From NCBI GenBank assembly GCA_965140585.1, contig OZ223267.1, positions 128,001-192,000 of the forward strand: 64,000 nt of DNA, written 5' to 3'. The DNA comes from Spirochaetia bacterium. Lineage in GTDB: Bacteria; Spirochaetota; Spirochaetia; UBA9216. Positions 30,017-40,020 of the stretch are shown one piece after another. The position numbers were made by a program, and so were the translations under genes. The notes below the pieces were generated by a model. That model did no database searches and was not told the origin of the DNA. It worked only from the letters and a program-made list of their open reading frames with translations. How positions within the stretch are numbered: position 1 is the stretch's first letter; each line of letters begins with the position of its first letter.

Positions 30017-31921
30017 TTACCGGAAGAGTTCCTTAATTTCATTCTTATAAATCTTCTCAACAACATTTCTTCTGATTTTTAGTGAGTGGGTAAGCTCTAC
30101 TCCGACCTCGAAGTCCTTCGGCAGTACCTTGAAACGGAATATTCTTTCAAAGGCTTTAAATCCGTTTTTAGCACTTACCAGGGTGTGAACTTCATTCTGA
30201 ATCAGCTCAATGATGAAGGGGTTACTAACAAGTTCTTCTTTTTCAAGATAAGTAATTGCTTTTTCAATGGCCAGCTGTTCAAGAGCTTCAAGCTCGGGAA
30301 TGATAAGTGCTGCAAGAAATTTCTGATCCTGACCTACAACCATGGCCCTTGCAATGTAGGGTGACTGAGCCAGTTTATCTTCAATAGGAAGAGGTTCAAC
30401 ATTCTCTCCGCCGCGCAGAACTATTGTCTCTTTGGAGCGGCCCAGAATCTTGAATTCTCCTGTGTGGGTAAAGACGGCAATATCGCCTGTATTAAGCCAG
30501 CCGTTTCGAAGAACCTCAGCGGTTTTTTCAGGCTCCTTATAATATCCAAGCATTACCTGTTCACTCTTTACATGAAGCTCACCCTTGTAACCAACGGGCA
30601 TTATTGCGCCGTCCTTATTGATTACCCTGTATTCAATATCGGCCAGAAGCGGACCTACGGTATTTGGTATTGGTTTACTGTCCTTTCGAACTGCAAGTAT
30701 AGGGGCTGTCTCTGTCAGGCCGTAGCCTTCGAGAACCGATATACCGACAGTTCTGAAGAATTTATCAATGTATGATGGCAGTGCTCCGCCTCCCGAGATT
30801 CCGGCCTTAAAACGGCCTCCGAGTTTCTGTTTCAGTTTACCGAATACGAGTACGTTTCCCAGCAGTTTGAAAGGGGTAAGCAGGGCAAGCGGTATCACAC
30901 TCACCGCGATATCTACAAATCTGCTGCGTTTGGAAAACTGAGGCAGCATGCCCGAAAACATATCGTAAAGATATGTATGAATCTCTCCCACACTGAGAAA
31001 GAAAAAGAACAGTGCCTTTTTAGTAGGGCTTCCGGAATTGATATTTCTCATAACGGCACTATGAACACTCTCCCAGATTCTGGGGACAGATGTAAGCCAG
31101 TGCGGTTTCACCTTCTGCATATCAGGCATCATCACCGCACCTACTGGTTTAGAGAAGGCCGTAGCCAGTCCGAGAAAGACGCAGATGTACATGCATGCTC
31201 TTTCGAATGAATGCCAGATAGGAAGTACGGACAGCATTACTTCACCTGGAAGAAGAGCAAGGTGGGGTCTTATTCTGTCAATCTGAAACAGGAAGGCCTT
31301 ATGGGTCAGCATTACGCCTTTCGGGTTTCCTGTAGTTCCGGAAGTATAAATAATTGTCGCCATGTCTTCACAGCTTCCAATTTCCACTTCTTTTTCAAAA
31401 AACTCGGGATTCTGTCCATAGGCTTCTGTTCCGATTTTTACGATATCATCGAATGAAAGAATTTCTATCTTTTCGTTTTTCCTGAGTTTTTCTGTGCCGT
31501 CTGTATCAAAAAGAATTATTTTCTTTAAAACCGGGAGGTCTTCGGCCTTCGACAGTATTTTTTCGGCCTGAGATGCATTTTCTGCGAAGCTGATCTCGCA
31601 TTCAGCATGACCGAGGATATAACCTATTTCGTCAGCTGTAGAATCACAGCCTCTGGGAACATCCACCGCACCAAGCCCGGCAACACCGAAATCGGTCATT
31701 ATCCATTCTTTTCTGTTTTCAGAAATTATTCCGACATGATCCCCGCGTTTTACCCCGACAGCATTGAGTCCCGCTCCGTATATTTTAAGAGCTTCCCAGA
31801 ACTCGCGGTATGTCATGGGCTGAAATTCCCTGTTGGCATCTTTAATTAGAAAAATATTTAGATCAGCATATTTTGCAGATACAATTTTCAGTCTCTGGGC
31901 CAGTGTATCCTTACTAATCAA
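30017..31921 (-). CDS. fadD: Long-chain fatty acid-CoA ligase
   Basis: IYTSGTTGNPKGVMLTH, EGYGLTET, GWLNTGD, GRSKETIV, GENVEP. Confidence 0.92.
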   Translation of the reverse strand: MISKDTLAQRLKIVSAKYADLNIFLIKDANREFQPMTYREFWEALKIYGAGLNAVGVKRGDHVGIISENRKEWIMTDFGVAGLGAVDVPRGCDSTADEIGYILGHAECEISFAENASQAEKILSKAEDLPVLKKIILFDTDGTEKLRKNEKIEILSFDDIVKIGTEAYGQNPEFFEKEVEIGSCEDMATIIYTSGTTGNPKGVMLTHKAFLFQIDRIRPHLALLPGEVMLSVLPIWHSFERACMYICVFLGLATAFSKPVGAVMMPDMQKVKPHWLTSVPRIWESVHSAVMRNINSGSPTKKALFFFFLSVGEIHTYLYDMFSGMLPQFSKRSRFVDIAVSVIPLALLTPFKLLGNVLVFGKLKQKLGGRFKAGISGGGALPSYIDKFFRTVGISVLEGYGLTETAPILAVRKDSKPIPNTVGPLLADIEYRVINKDGAIMPVGYKGELHVKSEQVMLGYYKEPEKTAEVLRNGWLNTGDIAVFTHTGEFKILGRSKETIVLRGGENVEPLPIEDKLAQSPYIARAMVVGQDQKFLAALIIPELEALEQLAIEKAITYLEKEELVSNPFIIELIQNEVHTLVSAKNGFKAFERIFRFKVLPKDFEVGVELTHSLKIRRNVVEKIYKNEIKELFR

Positions 31922-31997
31922 ATTAGTCCTCCGGTTAAAAATGTATCTTTTAAGAATAACAGAACTGGGTCCGGTTGTCTATTTGAATCAAAGTTTT

Positions 31998-33695
31998 TCA
32001 GCTGTCGACTGATAATGGAAGTTCTTTTATCATTCCCTTTGTAATGATTTCGGGAAGAAGCTGTGCTTCGGTACTTCCTACCGGATACCAGGAGTAGAAT
32101 GGGACTCCGGCTCGTCCGTGCATGTTCAGCCAAGCGTCAATTTCCGGATTTCGCTTTGTATAATCTCCGTGAATCAGGATGACGTTATTTTCTTCAAAAA
32201 AATCTTCTATTTCTTCTGTGAATATAACAGTGGTTTCATTTGTTCTGCATGTCATGCACCAGCGAGCTGAAAACAGAACAAAAACCGGCTGATTTCCTCC
32301 GACAGCATCATTTACAAGTTCCGGAGAAAACTTCAGCCATTCCTCGAAGTGTTCAGTCTCAGCTGAGGTCCCGGATTCTGTATCAGAGAGACTCTGCACT
32401 TCAGAACTTCTGACCAGAAATACTGCTCCGACTGAAATCACAGCAACTGCAATCAATGCGGTAATTGTCCTTCCTGCGGTACTGTACTGTTTCGCAGATA
32501 TTTTCCCGTACAGCCAGGCTATAACTGCAAGGAAAAGCAGATAGATAAGAGTTAATGTTATTGCTGCCGGACCGCTCTGGTATACAAGCACATCAAAAAG
32601 CCATACAGCAGTACCCATAAGCAGAAATGCCATTACCTCTCTGAATATATTCATCCATGCGCCTGGGTTCGGAAGTTTCTTAACCAGCCCTGGGAAGAAT
32701 CCTATTAAAAGGAAGGGAAGGGCAAGTCCAAGCCCCACGAAAAAGAAAATAAGAATAATTACGGGTGCTGTGCTTGAGAATGCAAAACCTGCGGCGGTTC
32801 CGAGGAAGGGGGCTGTACATGGCGTTGCCAGCAGTACTGCTATAACACCGCTGAAAAAGTGGGCACTTGAGTGTCCCGCTTTCTTTACCGGAGTCCCCGA
32901 TTTTATTACCGGTGCCGCAATAGTGAATACTTCAAAAAGCGAAAGTCCGAACACGAATATTACGGTCAGCAGAAAAACGATAAATCCCCTGTTCTGAAAC
33001 TGAAAACCCCATCCTACCTTTGTTCCGGCTGCCTTGATTATAATTACAGCGGCGGCAAGTGCCAGCATCGAGGCTATGACTCCTGCTGTATACAAAAGTG
33101 AGGATGTCAGTATCTGTTTACGGTCATCGCCGCCCTGCTTTACCAGGCTTAGAGCCTTTATAGAAAGAACGGGGAGTACGCAGGGCATTACATTAAGCAA
33201 CAGTCCGCCGGCGAATGCAAGAAGAATGAATAGAAGCAGGCCTGAGCCGGCGGAGGACTGTGTTGTTTCGGTCTGTTCTGTATCGAAGCTTAATGATTCA
33301 GAGGCGGGGAAAAAACATGTTCCGTTTTCATCACAGAGCTGCCAGTGAACATCAATCGATATTGATTCACTTTTTACTCCCGATATTTCTGCGCTCAGTT
33401 CAACGGTTCCGTAATAATTTAAAAGACCATCCTCTGATTTTCCCTTAGGATAGAAAATTTCACCCATCTTAACGCCTTGCGGAGCTGTTATTTCAAAACG
33501 GAAGAAATCCTCTGAAAAGGTCTGATGATAACCTTCCGGAATTACATATGTGACTGTTAATACCCCTGTTCCGTTATTGTCAATGTAAGCCTCTGCAGAA
33601 ACTTCAGCCGGCGGTACTGATATCTGCGCGCTGAGCGTGCTGATTGATACAGCTGCCAAAAAAAGAGATATAATAAAACCGTTTATTTTTTTCAC
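31998..33695 (-). CDS. dsbD: Thiol:disulfide interchange protein DsbD
   Basis: N-domain WQLC...TCF, TM domain MPCVLP and ATPCTAP, thioredoxin WCMTC. Confidence 0.9.
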   Translation of the reverse strand: MKKINGFIISLFLAAVSISTLSAQISVPPAEVSAEAYIDNNGTGVLTVTYVIPEGYHQTFSEDFFRFEITAPQGVKMGEIFYPKGKSEDGLLNYYGTVELSAEISGVKSESISIDVHWQLCDENGTCFFPASESLSFDTEQTETTQSSAGSGLLLFILLAFAGGLLLNVMPCVLPVLSIKALSLVKQGGDDRKQILTSSLLYTAGVIASMLALAAAVIIIKAAGTKVGWGFQFQNRGFIVFLLTVIFVFGLSLFEVFTIAAPVIKSGTPVKKAGHSSAHFFSGVIAVLLATPCTAPFLGTAAGFAFSSTAPVIILIFFFVGLGLALPFLLIGFFPGLVKKLPNPGAWMNIFREVMAFLLMGTAVWLFDVLVYQSGPAAITLTLIYLLFLAVIAWLYGKISAKQYSTAGRTITALIAVAVISVGAVFLVRSSEVQSLSDTESGTSAETEHFEEWLKFSPELVNDAVGGNQPVFVLFSARWCMTCRTNETTVIFTEEIEDFFEENNVILIHGDYTKRNPEIDAWLNMHGRAGVPFYSWYPVGSTEAQLLPEIITKGMIKELPLSVDS

Positions 33696-34402
33696 TGCAT
33701 TACCCCCAGCATTGTAATCAGAAGAACAGAAAAGTTATAAAGACCATGTCCGATTGCGACAGTATGTATTGATCCTGTTTTTATAAACATGAAAGTAAGA
33801 AATCCGCCGATTAGCAGAATGGCTCCGGCTGCGTACAATCCTTCGTAGATATGTCCCGAGGCGAAAAGCAGAACGTTAAGTACTGCCGCAGCGGGAAGAC
33901 TGACTCCACGTTTTGTGAGCGAGTTGATAAGATAGGCTCTGAAGAAGATCTCCTCACTGTAGCCTGTCAGTATGCAGGAAACAAAAACCAGCGGCAGAAG
34001 TTCCGGACGGCTGAATACCCATCCATTGCCGTAGATCATGCTGTTGCTGTAATCGGGTTCAATCAGCATTGCCGCTGTGCCGGCTATTGCAAGGCATGAA
34101 AATATCCCGGCAAGAGTGAGCAGTGACAGCGGAATGTCCTTCAGTCTGATTTTTCTAATCCCGAAGTCGCTGAGAGGCTGTCCGGGTTTAAGAATTATAA
34201 GATATATAATGAAAAGGATCTGCGGGAGTGTAGTTATAATGTAGATAAAGTTGAACCATGAGCTTTCAAATACCGCCGGATCGTAATCAGATGTTCCCTG
34301 AGAGAGGTATCCGGGCAGAAAAAACACCGCAAAAAGAAGCAGAGGCTCAAATGCTGTTAAATCTATTTTTTTTCTGTTTCTACTGGAAAAAAACTCATTC
34401 AC
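33692..34402 (-). CDS. CPBP (CAAX/Abi) intramembrane metalloprotease
   Basis: EEIFFRAY, FASGH, HGLYN motifs. Start uncertain; GTG 34402 avoids overlap with the divergent gene. Confidence 0.85.
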   Translation of the reverse strand: MNEFFSSRNRKKIDLTAFEPLLLFAVFFLPGYLSQGTSDYDPAVFESSWFNFIYIITTLPQILFIIYLIILKPGQPLSDFGIRKIRLKDIPLSLLTLAGIFSCLAIAGTAAMLIEPDYSNSMIYGNGWVFSRPELLPLVFVSCILTGYSEEIFFRAYLINSLTKRGVSLPAAAVLNVLLFASGHIYEGLYAAGAILLIGGFLTFMFIKTGSIHTVAIGHGLYNFSVLLITMLGVMQ

Positions 34403-34487
34403 CCTGTAGAATATTATCAATATTTTAGTTAATTGCAAGGATAATCGTGAAGTTACAGTTATAAGGTAAGAGATCGATACTAGAGTT

Positions 34488-35522
34488 ATGTTGATTGTAG
34501 TAGCCGTAATATTTTTTCTGCTGATCATACTCATTTCCATCCTCAGGAAAATGGGGGGGGGCAATTTCCCCTGGGCTCAGTTCTATGCAAAGGGCCGTGA
34601 ATCCGGATTTTCACTGAAAGAGATCAATCTCCTTCGAAAGGTGGCAGTTGAAAACAGGCTTGAAAATCCTACTTCACTGTTCTGGTCAATAAAACAGCTT
34701 GATCGCTCTATTCGCGGAACTATTATCAAGTTCCGGAATGAGGGAGTTAGCGGCAATGAAGAGAATATCAACTTTGTTTCAAAGCTTTTTGATTTCAGAA
34801 GCCGTGTTGAGCTTAATCTTCCGAAATTTACACTCGGACTTAAAACCTCCCGTAAAATATCACAGCATCAGAAAATCAAGATAAATCTCCCGGGTGCAGG
34901 AACTTACACCGCCAGTGTTGTAGAGAATCTTAAAAAATACCTTGCTATTTCCTATCCTGAAGGACCGGTTCTGCCTCAGGGCTTTGACTGGAAGGCTCAG
35001 GATATAAATATCTTCTTCTGGCGTGCGGATGATGCCGGATACACTTTTGATTCAATAGTAATAGATGATTTTTCTGATAAAAACTATTCTATACTCCATA
35101 TTGCCCACTCCGATAATCTTCAGAGAAGTCAGAAGCGCTCATCAGTCAGAATTGATGTTAATAAACCGGCGTATCTGTATCTTCTGAAAAGTATTGGTGA
35201 AGCCAATGAACGGGAAGAGAAAACTGCCGGTCTGAGATGCCGCCTGATTGATGTCTCTGAAGGCGGTGCAGCGATAATGATTGGCGGAAAAGCCAGAGTC
35301 GGTATTGCAGTCAAGCTCCAATTCAGTCTGGGCCCTTATAAAATCAGAATGTGTGGTAATGTTAAAGGTGTGAACTTCAATCCGAAACGAAACCAGTCCA
35401 TTCTGCATCTGCAGGCAGTTCCGCTGCATCCTGTGATGAGAAATCAGCTCCTCTCCTATATTTACAATATTTTCGGAGAAAGAGAATCTCTGGGCAGGAA
35501 GAGCAGGGTAACCAATTACTAA
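34488..35522 (+). CDS. PilZ-domain protein (flagellar brake/YcgR-like) with N-terminal TM
   Basis: QKRSSVR (RxxxR) and DVSEGGA (DxSxxG) c-di-GMP motifs. Confidence 0.85.
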   Translation: MLIVVAVIFFLLIILISILRKMGGGNFPWAQFYAKGRESGFSLKEINLLRKVAVENRLENPTSLFWSIKQLDRSIRGTIIKFRNEGVSGNEENINFVSKLFDFRSRVELNLPKFTLGLKTSRKISQHQKIKINLPGAGTYTASVVENLKKYLAISYPEGPVLPQGFDWKAQDINIFFWRADDAGYTFDSIVIDDFSDKNYSILHIAHSDNLQRSQKRSSVRIDVNKPAYLYLLKSIGEANEREEKTAGLRCRLIDVSEGGAAIMIGGKARVGIAVKLQFSLGPYKIRMCGNVKGVNFNPKRNQSILHLQAVPLHPVMRNQLLSYIYNIFGERESLGRKSRVTNY

Positions 35523-35531
35523 GGGGTATAG

Positions 35532-36731
35532 ATGAAAGCCAGATTAAGGTTTTTTAGCATTTTACTTATATTATCCATTTTATCCTCATTCACAGTCTTT
35601 GCTCAGGAAAGCATAGATGTTGTTGAAGCCTTCCGGAAAAACTTCACCAGAGGCAGTCTTGCCACCAAGGCAAGGGTTCTTCAGGATTCAATAGACTACA
35701 AGAATTCCGATATGTCGGAACTCTATCTGCTCTCTCTCAACTTTGTAATAGATAACTCATGGATGCTGGTGAATGATGCTCAGGGAAGGGAACTCGTTCT
35801 TTTCACTGTCAGACTGCTTGGAACAACAGGCGTCGAATCATCAGCAGGAAAGCTGTGGACTTTCTTCAGCGAAATCGAGGATAATGAAATAAGAGTTGAA
35901 ATCATGAATGCCCTTGGCGATACAGCTTCGGGTGATAAAAATATAATCATCGGCATAAATGAATGGCTCAGACTGCAGAACAGTCAGTACAAGAGCGGTA
36001 AAAGTGTTGATGAAAAGCTAATTTCCGAAACCGTTGCAACACTCGGCCGAATCGGAGACCCTTCCTCCTTTCCTGTTGTTTTTACTACGGGGACGATCGG
36101 ATACTCGGAAGATGTGAATCTGAGTGTTTCCGAGGCATTAAACGGGATAGACGGATATTTTACAGACCATATAATACAAGTTATTAAAAGCTCCACATCA
36201 GAGGAAAAACTTGCTGCACTCAAGGCTGCTTTCAGTCAGAGTAATCTGACAAGGGAGGACAAGGCTTCAATTGCCGAGGTCGCTCTCGATGTAGGCTTGT
36301 ACAGTGATGCAAAATCTCCTGCCGATGAGAAAAATCTCCGTGACCTCCGCTTTGAAGCTGTCAGGGAGCTTACACAGCTTAACTGGAGCGGTGTATCAGA
36401 AGGGCTGATTAAACACTTCGACTATACGGTTTTTGAATTCGAACAGGGCGTAATCAGGAAGGTTAATCTCCTTGAAGCAATAGACGCACTCGGCTCTGCC
36501 GGGACTCATGATGCAGCAGTAAGGCTGACACTGTATCTTGAGGTTTTAAATACATACACTGAAAACGGCCAGCCTGTTGATGAACAGATTATTCTGGGGG
36601 TTATAAGAAACCTCGGTAAACTGGGAGACAGCACGGCTTTCGACTACCTTCTCTACACCGGCTATCTCAATTATTCCGGTACTGTCCAGCGGGCGGCAAG
36701 AGAGGCGTTGAAGAATCTTAAAAGTATGTAA
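35532..36731 (+). CDS. Exported HEAT-repeat protein
   Basis: Signal peptide (VFAQE) and repeated ALGxxG helical units. Confidence 0.75.
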   Translation: MKARLRFFSILLILSILSSFTVFAQESIDVVEAFRKNFTRGSLATKARVLQDSIDYKNSDMSELYLLSLNFVIDNSWMLVNDAQGRELVLFTVRLLGTTGVESSAGKLWTFFSEIEDNEIRVEIMNALGDTASGDKNIIIGINEWLRLQNSQYKSGKSVDEKLISETVATLGRIGDPSSFPVVFTTGTIGYSEDVNLSVSEALNGIDGYFTDHIIQVIKSSTSEEKLAALKAAFSQSNLTREDKASIAEVALDVGLYSDAKSPADEKNLRDLRFEAVRELTQLNWSGVSEGLIKHFDYTVFEFEQGVIRKVNLLEAIDALGSAGTHDAAVRLTLYLEVLNTYTENGQPVDEQIILGVIRNLGKLGDSTAFDYLLYTGYLNYSGTVQRAAREALKNLKSM

Positions 36732-36807
36732 AAATAAAATTCTGAGTTTCTTCATCTCAAATCCGCTGGTAACCGGCTTTTTTCTCATCATTCTTTTACG
36801 TCTGTGT

Positions 36808-38214
36808 TTGATTGATTACTTTGAACTTAGAACCCGGCTGATAATCAGTGCTGTGCTCACTTCTGCAGTCGTATTCATCCTGAGGCGAGGCAGGTCTGAA
36901 AGCGCAGTGAAGATGAGGATACTGCTTTCCACGCTCGCTGCCGCCCTTATTGTCACTGGGCTGAGTTTTGAGCTGCGTCTGCGAAACTCGGCAGCATTTA
37001 CAGGCATTCCGTATGATTCAGTCATTGAAGTGGAAGCTGTGGCTATATCGGACAGCTATTTAACCGCCTCGGGCAGATATCTTGCCGAAGCCTCGATCAG
37101 GCATGCAGAATCCGGCAACGGAGTTAAAACCACTGCTTCGGGGAAACTCCTTGTTTTCTTTGATGATGATCCGCTTCTTAGTCAGGGGGAGTTTTTCAGT
37201 ATTGGAGGCGGCCTGATAAAATCCGATACCGGTGCCCAAGGCCTTAGTTTTCACAAGCCTGAGATTTTTCTGCTTTTCTCAAAAAAAGCAGGTCCGGTGA
37301 GGATGGGCTGGAAGTCGGGTATATACCGGATACGCTCAGAACTTCTTTCCTCTGCACAGCGCAGACTTATGAGGCTTGAGAAAGGTTCCTGCGGTATTCT
37401 TGTTGCTCTTTTTACCGGCAGCAGGAATATGATGGAGCGTTCCGATACCGAACTGTTCAGAACCGCCGGTGCAGCGCATATTCTGGCTCTTTCGGGAATG
37501 CACCTGGGAATAATGTGCGGTATCCTCTATTTTCTCCTGATTCCCCTGACAGGAAAAAGAACGGCATTTATCATCTGCTCGGTGATTGTTGTGCTCTATC
37601 TTTTTCTCACAGGATTTGGAGAATCACTTGTCAGGGCTGCACTGATGTTCTTTCTGATTGGGCTCAATGAGCAGCTTAACCGGAAATCCACGTTTACAGA
37701 TATCCTGATGCTGAGTTTTGTAATTATGACATTAATCAGCCCTGAGGCGTTTTATACTATATCTTTCAGACTTTCCTTTATGGCCATAGCCGGTATGGTC
37801 TACTTTGGAAGTCTTTTTAACCGGGGACTTCCGAATCAGATTCCCCGCTGGCTGCGTATGTCAGTCAGTGCCTCTGCAGGTGCCCAGACTGCTGTTCTTC
37901 CGATTGTTCTGTCTGTTTTTGGAAAAGTGTATCCGGCCGGACTCATTTCAGGGATAGTCCTAACCCCTCTTGTTACTTTGTTTATATGGACAGGACTGCT
38001 TTTTTTGATTACAGGTTGGGAAATGCTATCAATTTGTATAGAATTCATTTATAAAATAATCAGGACTGCTGCTGAAATATTTTCGGCTCTGCCGTCTTTC
38101 GGAACTGATAAGTTTTTAATTGCCGGTACGCTTGGCTTTTACTCAGTTCTGATAATTACAGTTATTTTTCTGATAATCAGGGAAAGGTATAATGAACTAT
38201 CCGTTAAACTATGA
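36808..38214 (+). CDS. comEC: ComEC/Rec2 competence-domain protein (no beta-lactamase domain)
   Basis: AHILALSGMHLG, SLVRAALM, SFRLSF. The frame stays open and hydrophobic upstream to about 36712, so the start is uncertain. Confidence 0.85.
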   Translation: MIDYFELRTRLIISAVLTSAVVFILRRGRSESAVKMRILLSTLAAALIVTGLSFELRLRNSAAFTGIPYDSVIEVEAVAISDSYLTASGRYLAEASIRHAESGNGVKTTASGKLLVFFDDDPLLSQGEFFSIGGGLIKSDTGAQGLSFHKPEIFLLFSKKAGPVRMGWKSGIYRIRSELLSSAQRRLMRLEKGSCGILVALFTGSRNMMERSDTELFRTAGAAHILALSGMHLGIMCGILYFLLIPLTGKRTAFIICSVIVVLYLFLTGFGESLVRAALMFFLIGLNEQLNRKSTFTDILMLSFVIMTLISPEAFYTISFRLSFMAIAGMVYFGSLFNRGLPNQIPRWLRMSVSASAGAQTAVLPIVLSVFGKVYPAGLISGIVLTPLVTLFIWTGLLFLITGWEMLSICIEFIYKIIRTAAEIFSALPSFGTDKFLIAGTLGFYSVLIITVIFLIIRERYNELSVKL

Positions 38215-39058
38215 TTCACCTTCGGAACTGCGTGAATTTCTTGAAAATCATGAACTCAGTATGAAAAAACGCTTCGGGCAGAATTTTCTGGTTAACAAAG
38301 GTGCCCGTGAAAAAATTGTAGGTCTTTTAGGCGCCGAAGCAGGCGAGAAGGCCTGGGAGATAGGCCCCGGACTGGGCTCCATGACATGGCACATGCTTGA
38401 AAAAGGATTCGATCTCACTGTTTTTGAAATTGACAATGGTTTTGCAAATCTGCTTAGAGATTTTTATTCAGATCTTCCGAATTTCAGTATTATTCAGGGT
38501 GATTTTCTAAAAACTTTTAAAAATGAAGCTGAAACTGCTGGTATTCCGCCTTTTGTTATAGGAAACCTTCCGTACTCTTCCGGCTCTCCGATGATTGCGA
38601 TGATTATAAAAAATGATCTCAGTCCGCGAACAATGGTGTTTACAGTTCAGAAGGAGGTGGCTCAGCGGATGGCTGCAAAACCGGGAAGCAAAGACTACTC
38701 GGTTTTTTCTCTTATAAGCGGATCGAAATATACAGTAGAACTTTCAGGAGATCTAAAGGCCGGATCTTTCTATCCGAGACCAGCTGTAGTGTCATCAGTT
38801 GTGAAGCTTACAAAGCATAACAGTTTTGATCCAGGTGACCCTGCGGTTTACTATACTCTTATAGATGACATGTTTCTCTCACGAAGGAAGAAAATATCGA
38901 ATAATTTGGCTTCCGGACGTCTTGCTGCAAGATTCGGCCGTGAAAAAGTGCTTGATGCCTTAAATTCTTCCGGGATTTCTGCCGAGAGAAGGGGTGAGAC
39001 CGTATCTGTTGAAGAGGCTCAGCATCTCAGCAGGCTGATCTCAAAAGAGTTTAATTAA
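38192..39058 (+). CDS. rsmA: 16S rRNA dimethyladenosine transferase
   Basis: KKRFGQNFL, EIGPGLG, GNLPY, QKEVAQR, FYPRPAVVS. Confidence 0.95.
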   Translation: MNYPLNYDSPSELREFLENHELSMKKRFGQNFLVNKGAREKIVGLLGAEAGEKAWEIGPGLGSMTWHMLEKGFDLTVFEIDNGFANLLRDFYSDLPNFSIIQGDFLKTFKNEAETAGIPPFVIGNLPYSSGSPMIAMIIKNDLSPRTMVFTVQKEVAQRMAAKPGSKDYSVFSLISGSKYTVELSGDLKAGSFYPRPAVVSSVVKLTKHNSFDPGDPAVYYTLIDDMFLSRRKKISNNLASGRLAARFGREKVLDALNSSGISAERRGETVSVEEAQHLSRLISKEFN

Positions 39059-39136
39059 TTTGGACAGTTCTTTTGACTAAAAAGATCTAAAAACATATAA
39101 TTTATTAATAAGATACATGCATAGGAGAAGTTGGTA

Positions 39137-40003
39137 ATGAAGAAGTTTGCAATAATCACAGCGGTGATTGCAGCAGTATTTTTTTCAGGGTGTGCGACAA
39201 CAGAGTCTGGATCCACAGAGGAACAGGATGAAAAAACGGTGGAGAAGGCTGCTGAAGTTGAAAAAGAAACTGTGTATGAAACAGTTTACATACCCCATCC
39301 CGTAAAAGAGACATCATATTATAGTGACGGATATATAGAAAGCTATAAGAATTTTACCTACGATGCAGATATGAATCTTCTAAAAGAAGAGCTGCACGAT
39401 TCGTTTGATGAAATTATTGAATCGCTTGAATTTACTGTGGCAGGCGGTAAAACAAACATGAAAACCGTTTACGACAACAGGGGCGGCATTCAGTCTAAAA
39501 GAGCTTTCAGCTATAACGCTGCAGGGTTTCTTTCCCGTGAAGAGATCATGAACCCTGAGGGTGCGCTTCAGAATGTATCTGAGTACGAATATGACTCCCA
39601 GGGAAATAAAACACGATGGATGATCCTGAGCGCGGATGGTGTAATGCTTTCAGACACGGTTTATAAGTATGAAAATGGCCTAAACACAAGAATAGAGATT
39701 TATAATGGTGCAAAGATTCAGGAATATTTTGTTCTTGATTATGAAGACGGCAACCTTATAAGGAAATCTCATTTCGAAGATGATGGGAAACTGGCTGATT
39801 CGGTTGAATACGAATATGTGAATGGAATGCGCAGTGCCGAGAATTATCTCAGGGCAAACGGTTCATTGAGCAGAAAAGTATTGATCGTCAATGATGATAA
39901 AGGTAATCCCGTAAAAAAAGAATTTTTTGACGGAAGTGGAAAGCTTAGAGACTTTGTTGAATATGAATATAAATATACAACAGAGCAGAGAGCTGTTAAC
40001 TGA
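39137..40003 (+). CDS. Lipoprotein with YD/MORN-like beta-hairpin repeats
   Basis: Lipobox FSGC and repeated YEYD..GN units. GGAG RBS. Confidence 0.75.
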   Translation: MKKFAIITAVIAAVFFSGCATTESGSTEEQDEKTVEKAAEVEKETVYETVYIPHPVKETSYYSDGYIESYKNFTYDADMNLLKEELHDSFDEIIESLEFTVAGGKTNMKTVYDNRGGIQSKRAFSYNAAGFLSREEIMNPEGALQNVSEYEYDSQGNKTRWMILSADGVMLSDTVYKYENGLNTRIEIYNGAKIQEYFVLDYEDGNLIRKSHFEDDGKLADSVEYEYVNGMRSAENYLRANGSLSRKVLIVNDDKGNPVKKEFFDGSGKLRDFVEYEYKYTTEQRAVN

Positions 40004-40020
40004 TAATTCAGGAGGGGATT